Positions 24,401-37,400 of a stretch of 64,000 nucleotides of DNA are shown here, in pieces. The notes beneath the pieces were generated by a model that ran no database searches, had not been told where the DNA came from, and saw nothing but the letters and a program-made list of their open reading frames with translations. A program made the translations under genes and the position numbers. How positions within the stretch are numbered: position 1 is the stretch's first letter; each line of letters opens with the position of its first letter. This DNA is from Ruditapes philippinarum (taxonomy: Eukaryota), in the NCBI RefSeq assembly GCF_026571515.1, contig NW_026854290.1, positions 124,001 to 188,000 of the forward strand, in the 5' to 3' direction.

Positions 24401-26133
24401 AGTACATCAATCATAAAGCCTACCAATATATTATGGTATTGCGCATCATTTTAATGCATTCAGTACAATTAACTACACTTAATGTGCAGAATACTTTCTT
24501 TTCAAAGCTTTACCTGCTTAATATTATAACTGACTTGTTCAGCATTGTTTCTCAAAACTGTCTATAATCAGTTAAGGAGAAGCTGAATATATAAAGCTAG
24601 TCGAATAACAGTGTAAAGCCTGATCAGATTGCACTGATGTACAGGCTTCCCTGGACCAATACTGGTCGCAAAAGCTAATCACTTTTACATGTGCTCGCAA
24701 TAGATCATACACATAATATCGTATAAACATGCATTGTATATTTTATACCGTCAACACTTAACATACCTTCAGAGGAACCTGTCCTGCGAGTACTCTCTTG
24801 TAAAAACTGTCTTTCTCAGGGGAGTTGTCGGACGTGAAACTCCACCGGCGCACTAGAGGGCGTTCCTGTCTATGTATTTCCGGTAAAGAATGGGTCGGAG
24901 GATTTTTCTTAGCAAGTTGTCTTTCTAATTCATCTATTTGATCCTGAATCAAGTACTTTTTATAATAATTTGCACTTTCGTCGACACTATATTGCCAGTC
25001 TTGAATTCCTGGCAAAACTTTAAACTTATCGACGGCGTATCCCAAAGATTTCAAGTTCCGCTTCCGTGCGTCATGTAATTTGTTTAGACTTCCGGTTGAT
25101 TGATTAAAAGTGTAAAATTCTCCAGTTCTCCAGATTCGTATAAGTTGTAACTCTTTAGGTAAGACGCTATCAGATAAATGTTCTTGAAAAGCAGTTTTAT
25201 TTGTTGCTGTTGCTATTAAATCAAAACCACCTTCTTTCAAATCTGTGATTATAGGAAGTGCGTCAACGGAAGTAACGGGTTCGACATGTAAAAGGTCAGG
25301 GCGTTGCTGAGTTAATAAACTATACACTCCATCTCGATGGACTTCGGGCAAATTCGGCTGACCTTGGTGGTTATAGATTAAGTTAAGGTCATGGACACCA
25401 GAGTTTCCAGGTAAATGAATTTGAATAGTGTGGTCAGTGACAACTGTTTGTTTAGCGAGGGATCCAGCAAGACGTATAACACTATGACCAAATTTTGCTC
25501 TATGTCCGTGTCTTGGTTTCTCTATTTCTATATCTGAAACAATGTACCGAAAACATTTCTTAAAAAAAGAGAAAAAAAAACGTTCATTATGAAGTTGTTT
25601 TAACTCTCTTCGTCAACTATTCATGATATTAAAGAAGAGAAAGGGTGAAAAACTCCCTTAAAGAAAAGCAGATAACGCTATGCAACGTTAGACATGCAAC
25701 AAATAATGAAAAAAAATATTTTTGATTGCCCAAAAATAGTGCTTACTTTGCAATCAATCAGTCAATCAATCGATGAATCAATTAATCAATTTTTAACATA
25801 AAGGAAATAACAATCAATGTGATGCAAGATAGTATAAATAAACCAAATCATGCCTATTAAATCTGCTTTATTAAAAAAACTAAGAAAGTAGTTTGTTTCT
25901 TGCTATATTTGTAAAACAACGTTTACCTAAGATAAGATGAATTGCAGTAACTATTCAATAATAATAGTAATGAAAATTATTAAAGCAAAAATGCTTTATG
26001 AAAATTTCGGAAAACAAATCAACTGATAACGTGAACACTTACCTATGTAAAGATTTGATGTTTTCCGTGTAGAAACCCCTTTAACTTTTGGTGGTGGCAC
26101 AAAAGAGGTCTGATTCACGGCTAATTCCGTCAT
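9454..26133 (-). CDS. TRIM E3 ubiquitin ligase (TRIM45-like core): N-terminal extension, RING, B-box1, B-box2, coiled coil, filamin/Ig, SPRY/B30.2; ~1089 aa
   Basis: 15 GT-AG exons in consistent phase: 26043-26133, 24767-25533, 23836-23997, 23165-23392 (RING CPVC..CLHGTCHAC..CPVC), 22605-22774 (B-box1 CDSC..CKECDEFLCGVCNEAH..H), 22053-22252 (B-box2 CHVPGH..FYC..CDTPICSLCAATEH..H), 21560-21651, 18440-18645, 17468-17666 (coiled coil), 16717-16911, 16328-16442 (filamin-like ITLHDYERRP..EGAYKVVFQ..GDHRASV), 13663-13716, 12815-12886, 10610-10696 (linker; these small exons are least certain), 9454-10085 (SPRY: GRFYFEV..TIGFLVDM..PLWPVFG). Total 3270 nt. Confidence 0.85.
11330..12630. repeat. 16-bp minisatellite (cataccagcagagtca)n, intronic, with a 336-bp higher-order duplication
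   Basis: Roughly 75-80 units. The variant block cacaaatcaatagagtcaaatacc recurs at 11871 and 12207 (336 = 21 x 16). Confidence 0.95.
13233..13311. other. Near-perfect 79-nt inverted repeat (hairpin) in a TRIM intron
   Basis: tttgctataacatagtacaaagacttcgcatgaattca-cga-tgaattcgtgcgaagactttgtactatgttatagcaaa. Confidence 0.9.
14020..16240. repeat. AT-rich ~21-bp minisatellite (aaatgataataaagttatata)n, split by a MITE
   Basis: Units run ~14020-15127 and resume at ~16098-16240. Confidence 0.92.
15132..16093. mobile_element. Non-autonomous DNA transposon with ~330-bp TIRs and TTAA TSD (Kolobok-type)
   Basis: ttaa|ggtgattccgctttgtcagccatg ... catggctgacaaagcggaatcacc|ttaa. Purine-purine termini with a TTAA TSD is the Kolobok signature. 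Confidence 0.88.
18751..21135. mobile_element. ~2.4-kb foldback element: TIRs plus ~60-bp internal subrepeats in mirror orientation
   Basis: atacatatgtatggaacgccatagctgcctcatgttgttacattt at 18751, with its reverse complement ending at 21135. Subrepeats (gtcttattatgtcaaa..ttgacttgtctaaac) switch strand at ~19600-19660. Confidence 0.85.
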
Positions 26134-26148
26134 TCAATATTCATGCCC

Positions 26149-26169
26149 TGTTTACGTTTCCATGGAAAC
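26149..26169. promoter_or_regulatory. Palindromic RFX X-box plus adjacent forkhead site just upstream of the TRIM ATG
   Basis: GTTTCCATGGAAAC at 26156-26169 (perfect 14-bp palindrome matching GTTNCCATGGNAAC), abutting TGTTTAC at 26149-26155. Confidence 0.6.
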
Positions 26170-26962
26170 ACAATTCAAAACATAAACTGCATTTTTTCTA
26201 TACTATATAGTTGTGTCCTTTGACCAGCGCTGATTCAAAAACTTTCAAATTCTTCAATCTTTTAAAATCAATGATGATATCTGATTACATTTAAAACAAT
26301 GGGCGCGTTTCGCGCAGTATTCTTTTAAACAATAAACCGATATAACCGAAACGATCCACTCTTCATTTTCATATCTTTTATTAATTTTCTTCAGTGTTTT
26401 AACAGATCAAACATACGTCGTTTAAAATATAGAATGAAGTTTTAATTTCAGTACGTCAACTTTTTGACTCATGAAGTTTAAAAAAGAATTGTTTTTAATC
26501 GGTTTGTTTCGGATATTTTTCGCGCGCTTTTTTGTACGACTTAGTTTTTTTTCCACTTATTTACTTTGTGTTTTATTTACTTATGACATTGACGTTATTT
26601 TATTTATTGTTATGATTTATCGTTATGATGAACTACATGTATGTATAAAATTACATAAACATTTACGGTAGTCGTTAGTTTCAGTATCCTTGACGGATGA
26701 AATATGTAAGGGAGACAAACGCGGACATCTTGTATTGTGTGTTATCTCCCATTTTTATTATCTGCCCAGGCCTGCTTGAATAAAATGTTAAGTAATAAGT
26801 GTTGACATTTCCGTTTAATTATCAATAAACACTTGCTATATTAATTGTCTGTTAGTGTAAAAACGCTAAACAATATTTACACTGAATTGTGTAAATTCAC
26901 TATGAAAAATCCACATGTTGCAATCAGCTGAACTACTAACAGGCACGTTATGCCTCGGTTTT

Positions 26963-27278
26963 CTATGGTGGCTGATTTGGAACGCTTTTGTGCGTTGTGT
27001 TAGCGCTAGCGAAAACAGGATAATGCGCCAAACGGCGCATTGTCGGACTGTCGTCATGTCGCTAACGATGTACGCCAAACTGTGCGTTGTCGTGCGGTGT
27101 GTTGTCGCGATGTCACATTGTCGCTTGGTTCAAATTGAAGGATTGGCTTATAAGCCAAGCGACATCGCGACAACGCGCCATGTTGTCGCTTTCGACAAGA
27201 CGAAAAGGCGATAATGATATAGGTTGCGTTGTGGCTATTGACAACGCAGCGCACAATGTACCAAATCAGCCACCATAG
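26963..27278. mobile_element. MITE with 18-bp perfect TIRs
   Basis: ctatggtggctgatttgg ... ccaaatcagccaccatag, flanked by tttt on both sides. Related decayed copy at ~30197-30370. Confidence 0.8.
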
Positions 27279-28307
27279 TTTTCTTCTGAAAGTGTATAAA
27301 GCTGTATCTCATGCATTTTTTTTCCATAAAAATCATTAACAGTAAAATCATGATAGTTGTCGAATTTTGCAAGAGTTGTAATGTAGAATGGCTCTGTTAT
27401 TTAAAAAATCATAAACCAAATACAATCTAACTTACCCATGCGACAACGTGTATTAAGTGCGACCCCGATCATTATCTCTATATAAGCGACTTTTGCTTAA
27501 CGCGACCCGCGACCGCTAATAAGTATGTTGCTATTTAAGTAAGGTTTTACCGTTTAGCAATGATTTCGTGCATGCGTCATTCGCTCTAGATGTTAAAATG
27601 GAACATATTTCTATCATACATATATTTTAGAATTTTCTTTTTCAAATTTAAAATAAAGATTTGCAGCATTATACACTTAAAGAAATCGAAAACATTCAAT
27701 TTATGGTTTTAGAATGTTATATGCTTATTACCTGAAGAATAACGCTGAATGTGAAGTTATTTGTCATAATACATGTAGTAGCAAAATATAAACAAAGTAG
27801 TTTCTTGACTACCATATACTATAACTGTACTTATTGTCGAATAACCACAGAAGCAAAAGATGATTCAGGTAAATGGCAAATGACTTACTTTTTGGAAACC
27901 ATGACAGGCCATTAAAAATTTAGAAAAGCATTTCTGCGGCATATTTGGCCTTTAAAGATCCTGTAACTTATTTTAATGGTTTTATATCATAAATATGATG
28001 GTCAAATGAAGATTTATCAAAATTAAAGAGCATTATTTGTAAATATATTACAGGAATTTACATTTCATGTAAATAAAGGGAAGTAATTAGAATTTTTTTT
28101 CTAAGTCTTGGCCAAATTTTTCAATAAGAAATGAATGCATATATTTTAATGATTACTTATAATGCGTTTAAACATTTGCAGAACATATTTAACAATTTTT
28201 TGGATGTTTGTAATTATTTGAGAAGAGTAATTAATATATATATAAAATTTAACGTAAGTGTTGATACATCTTAATTACAACATAAAGGATCTTAAAACCT
28301 TGATTAA

Positions 28308-28931
28308 CCTTTTACCCCATGAGCATATTGCGAAAAATGGCCGTTTTCATTGAAAAGCCTCCTGTAACAAGTTCAAACTGCTATGAAACTATGAAAAATG
28401 CTTCAGTACTGATGAAACTTGGCACAAATGTTGACTACACCATGGCCACTGTAACAGCATGCTCAATTGTAAATTTCCTGTTACCATGGCAACGGGGGGA
28501 CGTCTCAAAATAGCCAAAAATCACTGTTTTGCATTGTGTTTTTTTCCATCAAAACTGATTTCAAAGTGCTGCAACTTCTCAATGAATTGAGATAGAGTAA
28601 AAGGCTTTTCAGCGTCGGTTACTAGTTACCCTAAGATCGACCTGAGGCCATTTTTAGCCTGTCACATGTGCAAAATTTTCTTGGCGATGAGGGGGACTCC
28701 GCCCCCCTTCAACCCCCCCCAAACAGATGGGGGCATATCCCCCTTCTGGCAACCCCTTGATGTAACATTTGGATGGGGGACGGCGCCGAAAAAGTGGTCA
28801 CTTTTTTTAACAACATTTCTCAAACGAAAACCAGTGTTTGAGGCCTAAATAGGGCATTTTTTCACTGTTTCAGGCCTCAAAAAGGGGGGGGGGCAAAAAG
28901 CCGTCGAAACACGCTTATATAAGGGAAAAGG
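28308..28931. mobile_element. piggyBac-type MITE (TTAA TSD, CC...GG termini)
   Basis: ttaa|ccttttacccc ... aagggaaaagg|ttaa. The left end of a second family member starts at 63940. Confidence 0.75.
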
Positions 28932-29451
28932 TTAATAAAAAGGTATACAGGTGTTTGACTAAATCAATGTGGAGTAAGCAAACTCGTTCTTTTGTGATCC
29001 GTATACCAACTTGGACGTCCGCCAACGAATTACATGCTTTTCAAATCCTGTCCACATGTTCCTATAGTAACAAGATATTAAAATACCATATGGAAAGATT
29101 TTAACCCTATTCGGTTGCCAGCACTGAAGAATGACTCCACTGTAGCAAAGCTAAAAATATGTTTGAACCTAAGCAATGCTAGCTCGACCAAAAATGATAC
29201 CAAATAGGAAAATGATAGGCGGTCTATTTGTTGTCAGTCATGAATACTCATGTGAGCATACTTCTACATTTGAAACATTTGCTTTGCTAGCGTGAATACA
29301 ACTCAAAAGAAACATAATTATATCAAAGTTTCTTATAATTTTATCAGACATTTACTTTTATCTTCAAAATGTAATGTACATATGTCTTTCTTTTATACAA
29401 AAAAATGTCACTACATAAATGAACAAAAGTAAAATCATTTTCTTGTTTTCA

Positions 29452-32435
29452 TCAAGTGTCTGTCGCCTGTACATGTACGTCCATATCGTAAAAACGCTGA
29501 TGTGTTGTTCTTGACCAAACAATGGTTGCTATAGCTACAACAAGAAAAGCCCCCGTCATAACAGCAAAATAACCTCCGTACACCATAAACTGTAAACAAA
29601 CAACAACAAAAATGCATATCAGTGATATCCATAATTCAGTGATTTTTAAAGATTTTTAAAATTTTTTTTTTTACATTTCCTAAGGATGAACAGTCCCTTG
29701 CAACAGCATTTAATTCCCGAGATCAGAAGTCAACATGTGAATTAAGGGTGATCGAAAAGTTTTTTATGTATTAACTTGCCCTATTTTATCTATTATTGTC
29801 GATATTTTTCTGCTTCTTCACGTTTTAATGTTTTCTAAAATGAATCGTGTCAGTTGACAATTGAATTCTTGTTTTCAAAAAGGGAAAAATGAATTTTGGG
29901 TCATTGTGCTAATTGAACTTAGCGTACCCATAATTATTTGAGTCATATAAAATCATTTTGCTTGTATCCATCCATTCAGACGGTAACAATGTCCGCTTAC
30001 CTGTGTTTGGACATCGACGTCAAGCCCAGCTTTATCTACGACAATGGCAGTCAAGATGGTCTCTATCAGTAAAGCTAGAAATGTGTTACAACCAAACACG
30101 AACCCGTACCTCTGTCGTGATAGGTGTTCCGCTATCTGTGCCCTACCATGAAAATTGACTGCCTATTATATAATTACAAAATACAATAAGTATAAACTAT
30201 GGTGGCCGATTTGTGCAATATGTTGTATTTACTCCGCGGGGCGGTGACATTGTCGTGTATTATCGTGTTTTTGACTTTTCGGCCTGAGTTTTAGATTCAG
30301 TGATTTTAAAGTATTTTCACCTGACGCCACGCGGAGCCAAAGTACGACATGGCAGAAATAGGCCATCAAAATAAATTTTCTCTCAATCAAATTTATGAAA
30401 TTCGGAATTTCTATTAACTAAAGGCGAAGTACACACGGTTTCCATGGGAAAAGCCGATCAGGCATGTCTTTTACTTTTTAACATTTTTTACGCCGATTTA
30501 ACACATTGTTGTCATATTTCGGCAGTCATTCCACCTAACTGGCTACCTTGTAATATCCTTCCTAACAATAATTGCCCATTTCTCTGCAAGTGAGCGACTA
30601 CTAATCCATGATTTCTGAGTCACAGGTGGGAGATAAATTACCATTTGACTCAATGTCTAGAATTTCACCTCCCCAAAGGATCGAACCAACGACACCTTGA
30701 CTTCAAATAAATTTCTCACCATATTGAGCTAAGCGGCCGGACTACTCTTTAAATTAAATTCAAGGAGAGGACTACCATGAGCCATTGCAGCTCACGCTCC
30801 AGTTCTTGTTTATGGAAATTATCTACATGTGTATCAATTTTGAATATGAATATGCTTAAAGCATACTTGTCATCTTAACAAAATGTGAGTAAGTCAAAGA
30901 CTAATTTCTATGTCATTTCCGATATTACGTTTATATTTTTATAACTTATTATATTTCTCTTTATAAATTATACTCACGTTGCTATGGTGATGACAATCTG
31001 ATAGGATGCTCTGAACAGGTCATACAGTACGTAACAAACCCAGATACTCGTGGTTTTAGCCATTATTATCAACATGACTGCGTTTAGACCGCAAACCGCC
31101 GCCATTAGTACCTCACATCTGCCTCGTTTTGACCAGTTGATCGGCAGGAAACCGATCAGTAAAACGGACCCAGAACCTGTGTAACATGATAAAACATAAT
31201 GATGAGAAACGCTCATAATTTAAGTTAAATGATTAAACCCTTTGTCTGCTAAGGGCAACTTATTTTATTCATGTCACCAATACATCCGTTTGATCATGGT
31301 TTTTTTCAGTCAGTACTTCAGTACTCATTTTCTAAATTATTAAATGATGAACAGTTTTAGCCTGATTGAAAGATGGTCATGTCCATTTAAGATATTTAGT
31401 GTTTTAAGGTTTAATCACGTATGCTTAACTGCATCTTAGCTCTCAGTTGATTTTTCCTGCACTGCAAGGTATCTTTTATGAAAGGAAAACTATGTGAATA
31501 TAAGCAATGTTGACGTAATATACAATAAGCTATTCCTCATACTTACTGAACAGTGTTCCGGCAGCTTCTACCGCACCATTATAAAGATGGCGGTTCTTCC
31601 GGTCGTGTTTGTATGGCGTCAAAATGTGCCATAAGTTTTGAATGTAATTCGCTACCTGATAGCTTCCACATGATGCGAATGCCCACCATACGGACCAAAT
31701 AAGAATATTCCTGTTAGAATAAACTGATCTAACCTCGTCCCAAAGGAACTTAAACAGGCTTCTTGGACCATTGATTACAACAGTCTTATTCCCTATTACT
31801 CTTTCTTCTTGATCTTTTTCACCTTTCGCTGTTGATAAGTCGCCATCTTCTTTTTTTGGATTGAACAGTTCCGAATGTTCAGCACGTGGTAAAATTAGTG
31901 TTATGATAAATGCAATTATTACGCTTACGAAAGAGAAGATATTTAGCTGGAAGTAATCTAAAACGTCAAAAGAAACAAAGAGTTGTCCACACAGATAAGC
32001 CACGAACTTTCCGAATAATGTAGCTGCTTTTGTGAAACTTGCTACTTTTTGAAAATGTTCTTTAGACACAATTACATACAGATATGAAAAATATCCGATT
32101 TCACAGGCAGTAGCCAACCCATATGTTACTTGCATACATTTCATTGCAGGGATTCCGTGCGCCCAAAGAAGTAGTACCCATGTTATGATATATGCAATGC
32201 CGTCAAGAATGAGTATGGGTTTATACCGAAAGTAGTCCGTCAATAAAAATATTGGAAATAACCATAGGAGATAGGAATATGTCCACCAAGGGTAAACTTG
32301 ATTGTCAACTTCCGTTTCCGTGAGATTCTGCCATGGCCCCGTCAGATACGCCGTCAAATAAGCCTCCGATGGACGCAGCTTTTTGAAATATCCAAAACAG
32401 CAGACGATAAATGTGACAAGCTTCCAGTGTAGCAT
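29452..32435 (-). CDS. SLC19 family thiamine / reduced-folate carrier (SLC19A2/A3-like)
   Basis: Exons 31547-32435, 30978-31176, 30001-30142, 29452-29589 in phase. Motifs LRPSEAYLTAYL, VYPWWTYSYL, FLLTDYFRYKP, YGLATACEIGYFSYLY, WSVWWAFASCG, YNGAVEA, AQIAEHLS..YGFVFGCNTF, QFMVYGGYF. An extra 5' exon cannot be excluded. Confidence 0.92.
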
Positions 32436-33187
32436 GATTATGATATGTGCAACATCATGTACCTCATAATTTAGCAATTCATATCATTATCATTTACTAA
32501 AATGTGAACAGTGTAAACAGTATCACAAATATCAGTGTCATACCCTTGGTAAATTCACTTGCGCCCAAAATAACCCATTATGGCAACGAATGTTATTCTC
32601 TTCCAGATAAATCCATTGTAATTTGGAAAAAAAAGTTTCTAAATCTTTATGGACGATTGTAAATACATAACATTATGAATATAGATAAATATGATATTTC
32701 TTCATAAGTTGACAGCAGCCTTGTATATAAACTATACACACGTCACGATCATCCAATGAAAAGCGACGTTACAAACGTGCAGTATGATAAAGATAAATAT
32801 AATTGTGTCTAATCATAATCACAAGACAGGAAGTGTTCACATTTTTCTGAAGTTAAAGCGACATTGTGTGCACGTATATAACGTTATATGACCAAGAGGA
32901 TGCAAAATGCATGAACGATTGTGTACATCAGCGATATAATAAAAATCATCTAAAGGCCTCAACAGACGGTAGGATTTAGTTGGAGATATGATGTACAATT
33001 TTCAAAGCAATACAACACTTGCATTCAGACCGTAATCCTGCATTGTAGGAATCATCTCAGGTTTCCCTTAAAAAAGTTGTTGCCTCCCAACTGATCCCTT
33101 ACATACTTTACACTTAAAAAATAATTTGTTTTCTCCATGAGTAATGATTGAAGCTTCTCCATTTTTTTATAAAAAAAGTATATAATT

Positions 33188-33352
33188 GTAACAGGGGGAG
33201 ACTAATGTGCACCCTGACCGAGACTCTAACCTAGGACCCTCGGAATACCGTACTGCTACTCTACTGACTAAGTAACAGGGGGAGATTAATGTGCACCCTG
33301 ACCGACACTCAAACCTAGGACCCTCGGAATACCGCACTGCTACTCTACTGAT
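33188..33352 (-). repeat. Tandem dimer of an 84-bp tRNA-derived unit
   Basis: gtaacagggggaga..gtgcaccctgaccga..aacctaggaccctcggaataccg..tgctactctactga at 33188 and 33272. The minus strand shows degenerate A-box (agtcagtagagtagc) and B-box (ggtttgagtgtc) motifs. Confidence 0.7.
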
Positions 33353-34443
33353 TGTGCAACATATCAATCCTATGTTGGGATTCGAACATACCACAACTTT
33401 TGGGTCTTCTGAACAGTTTTTCACCCCTCTTTTTACTTTGTTTACATTGTTCTTGAATTTCATTAATTAAACACACTATTAGGGGATAATTGGGAAATAT
33501 GTCATATGTAATCGTGGGAGGTCTATACCACAAGTATTAAGAGATAGAACATGTCCCATCCTGTAAATCTAGTATTAACTTGTATAAATTCAAGAAATAG
33601 TAGCCTTCACACAGTAAAATTTGCTTGTACGTATTAGTTTTAATTGGATGTCTTAACTAAAACTTAAGATTTCATAAGGTGTGCTTTCTTAAATTGAGCA
33701 GATAATTTGTAGTTCCAGATATTGCCCGCCATCATTCCGACCTTTGCAAAACAGCAATAAAGGCAATAGATAAAGAAAAAAATGCTGTTTTAAGTTGCTA
33801 GTTTAACATAAATATATAAAACATCCCTTAATTTACATAAATGGTTTAATGTTCACTTTATCTTGTAATGTTTATTTGTATAACAGTATGTACTTCAGAT
33901 ACGATTTCATTACACAACAAATTAAGTATGCTGGTTAAATTTTTTGTTAGTACAATTAGAGGACATTGATATGTACAGTATGAATAACCATCGGACAGTT
34001 TAAGTTGTGATTGTTTAACATGTAGTCATCACTCTATGCACGGAATGTGTGGGGAAATGGATCACTCAAAAACTTTAGCAACAAATGACTCACGCCCCTA
34101 AGTAGTGAAATGAGAGCAAAATAATGGTACTTCGCCTTTCATACAAACACTTGAGAACTTTAACTTAAATAATTGTCTTAGCACAATCTCCAGATGTCTC
34201 GGCTGTATGGACAATGATAACATTTTGGAAATTGTAACAAGACAAAAAATACAAAACATTTTGAAAAATAAAAATATCATTTTAAGCTTAATTGGCCATA
34301 TAAAATGCTCATCAATATTTGCTTTACGAACGAGGTATGTCCGAACAATTCCGATAACAAAAACAAAAAGTATATCACTTCAAATACACTGTCACAGTTA
34401 GTATCAAAGTTCACTGTCACCAACATTCTGTATTTGAATTAGT

Positions 34444-37400
34444 TCACCCTGATGCGATAGCCATGCATTTCCTTTTAAAATTACCGCTCTCGGCTGCGTC
34501 TAACATAAATCTAGCAACGTCACGTCTGCAGCAAATGAATCTTCCAGATGACGCCACGTCTTGTCCTTCCTTAAATTGTACTGGCTTACCTGAAGTAAAA
34601 CAATTTATGTACAATACTTCTGCTGATTAAAGTTATTTAGGATATTAATTATAATTATTCATGTCAAAGAGTATCCCAGGTTTCAAAACATGTAACAATA
34701 CATAATTTATTATACCGATGTTAACTCCGCTATCAGGTGAGGAATGTACGATTATTAGGACGAATCTAGGGACATTTTGTGGTGATCGTTATTCTTGCAA
34801 AGTAAATTGGCAATTTTTACATGCCTTATTGAGAAAAACATTTACAAATCAAGTCGCAAATGGATATACATGTCAACCGCTAAAATTTCGTCTAGCGAGT
34901 GTAACAAAATAACAATATAAAAGGAAACAGTGAAATTTAGCCAACAAAATAATAATGACAAAAACATGAAACAATCATAACCAATACAATACAATTCGGA
35001 AGCATGCTCGAGTAAAACACATGATATGCATTGCACGTACATGCTTTAACCAATCCTCGATATATAACAAACCTGTTGTTTCAGAATTGGACAATTGTGG
35101 CGCACGGACGGACGTGTATTCTATATCTGGGCATTCGGTGGCAAGATAATCTTCCATTTCACCCATGTTCTTTAATGACTGGCCTAAAACTAAAGGCTTT
35201 AAGAGCCATGTCATGAAGAAAGGATCTTGACTGTCAGCTGCAAATAAAATGTACAAAATGATGTATATTCTGCTATAATAACAGGATAGGCAAATAACAA
35301 ATAATGCAAATCATGTTATTTTGATGGCTTGAATATTTAAAGATTTGGTTAAAAAAAGAGAATTATCGTGACACCTATCTCAGTCAAGCCCCGTGTTATT
35401 TTACCATTATGTAAATTGATATCATCGTACCAGAAATGCACATAAGTGAACTACATGTCATACTTTACAGAATAATTTAATATTTCTGAATATATTCGGT
35501 CGTATGATTTCTATAAAGATGTAAAAAGACATGGTCTACTTTTGTTAATAAACAGCATCAATGTAAATTTGCCAAAATGGCACTCACACAGAATAGAACT
35601 GACAAGGTCTTGGAATGCAACACAATACATCTGCGATATTTTGAGGTATTTTATTTTATTGCTCAAGTAACCATTATAAAAGACTGATTGCAATATAGCT
35701 TAAAAAGACAGGAAAATGTGACAATTCAGTTGCCATTGCACTTTGTTTCGTCCGGAAGTCACTTTTTGCAATTGCTCTACAGATGTAGCCTAAATTATTC
35801 ATCTAAAACCAACATTATCATACATGTAATTTTTTTTCAAGTGATGTGATACGTACAGCTTCAAGTGTTTCCGTCTATCAATCAACGATTGTGTATGGTG
35901 TCCTGCTACTTCTACCACAATTCTATTAAAATAGCTTTTGTTATAAAGTCGTTACCAAGGGAGGTAACCCATGAAGCTATTTCTAAAAAAGGTAATTTGA
36001 ATCGTCTCCCTTCCATCGATTTGAAATCGCGTTGAAATTCAAACTATCATTGTAATTATATTTTATTCCGCTCTATATAAACACGTATACGTACTTTTTG
36101 TGTACCATGACGACATAAAGATGAATCTCTTAACGTCTGCTCTCCTGAGGGCGGTCACAACTGGTTTTACGGTGTCAGTGTAAAATGTTATATTCCAGAT
36201 GCTAAACCAACTCGGACTACAGCCTAGACACGACAACACCGCATCTTGGCCCTTCAGGTGTGGAACCATAGTATCCGGGTCAAAAATGTTCGCCTTAACG
36301 ACCTAAAAAAAGGCAGACATAAATTATGTGTACAACGATACGCGTGTAAAATCGATGTATCGAATGCTTAAGTGCCATAGACGAACATTTTATACCGTTC
36401 ACTTTCTTTAAAGTTACTACACTTATCTTCAAATATTGTATATATAATGATATACAATTAATTACTTCAATAACCACAAAAAACACAGGACAATTAAATA
36501 AGTATGTAGCTGGTAAGTTAGTAAGTAGTTATATAGTAAATTGTTATTATTATATCATAGCAATAACTGCACACCATACATTCTGTATGATAGTTAATAG
36601 TTAAATAGCGTCAATATGCTGATAAAATGACATAAAACTACTTATGTTTAATTGTAAAATATTCTAGTACTGTATATTTACACTTAGGTCTAATATAATA
36701 AAGTTAATCAGTTGGGCGGGGCTTACAGCGTCATCATAAATTTGCCATAAACTTTATACTACAACGTAAATAAAATAAGGAAATAATCAAAAATTAGCAA
36801 CGTAATATTTTCATAACACAAAACATTTCTTTGTCAACTTCTGTTTATATATGTATTTCATCAACTGTCGTATAATGAAAATATTTCACAATGTTGACAC
36901 TGCATGCAGCTGCGTGACGAGAGTCTCATATCGTTTTCCCATATTGAACTACTTATACAGTTGTGATTCATGACCTCTACAGCTGTCGTGAATTGCAGAC
37001 AGATAAATAAGAAAATGTAAAATGTCTTCTGTGCATGTATTGAGAAAAGAAAAATCAATAAATATTCTGAATTAACTTGCGAGGAATCGTTAGCGACACT
37101 TATGTGGAGACTATAAGAAATTGTGTGCAATTCATGTCAATAAAACGTTAAAGGCCCATTATTCCCAAGAAATGCTTTAAATTTTATATCTCAAAAGATT
37201 TTTTATTTTTGGGTGTTTTGATATGGTTTGAAAAATGTATTTCATTGGCCAAGCACCTGAAACATCTTTGCTTCTGTTATGTTGCTTTTGTCAGTTAGTA
37301 CGGTTACAATGTTTAAGTACTTTATATGGATGTCAAAATACTAAGATGTTTACATTTTGATACTTAAAATAATGTCACATTCATTGCTTCTTAATTCAGG

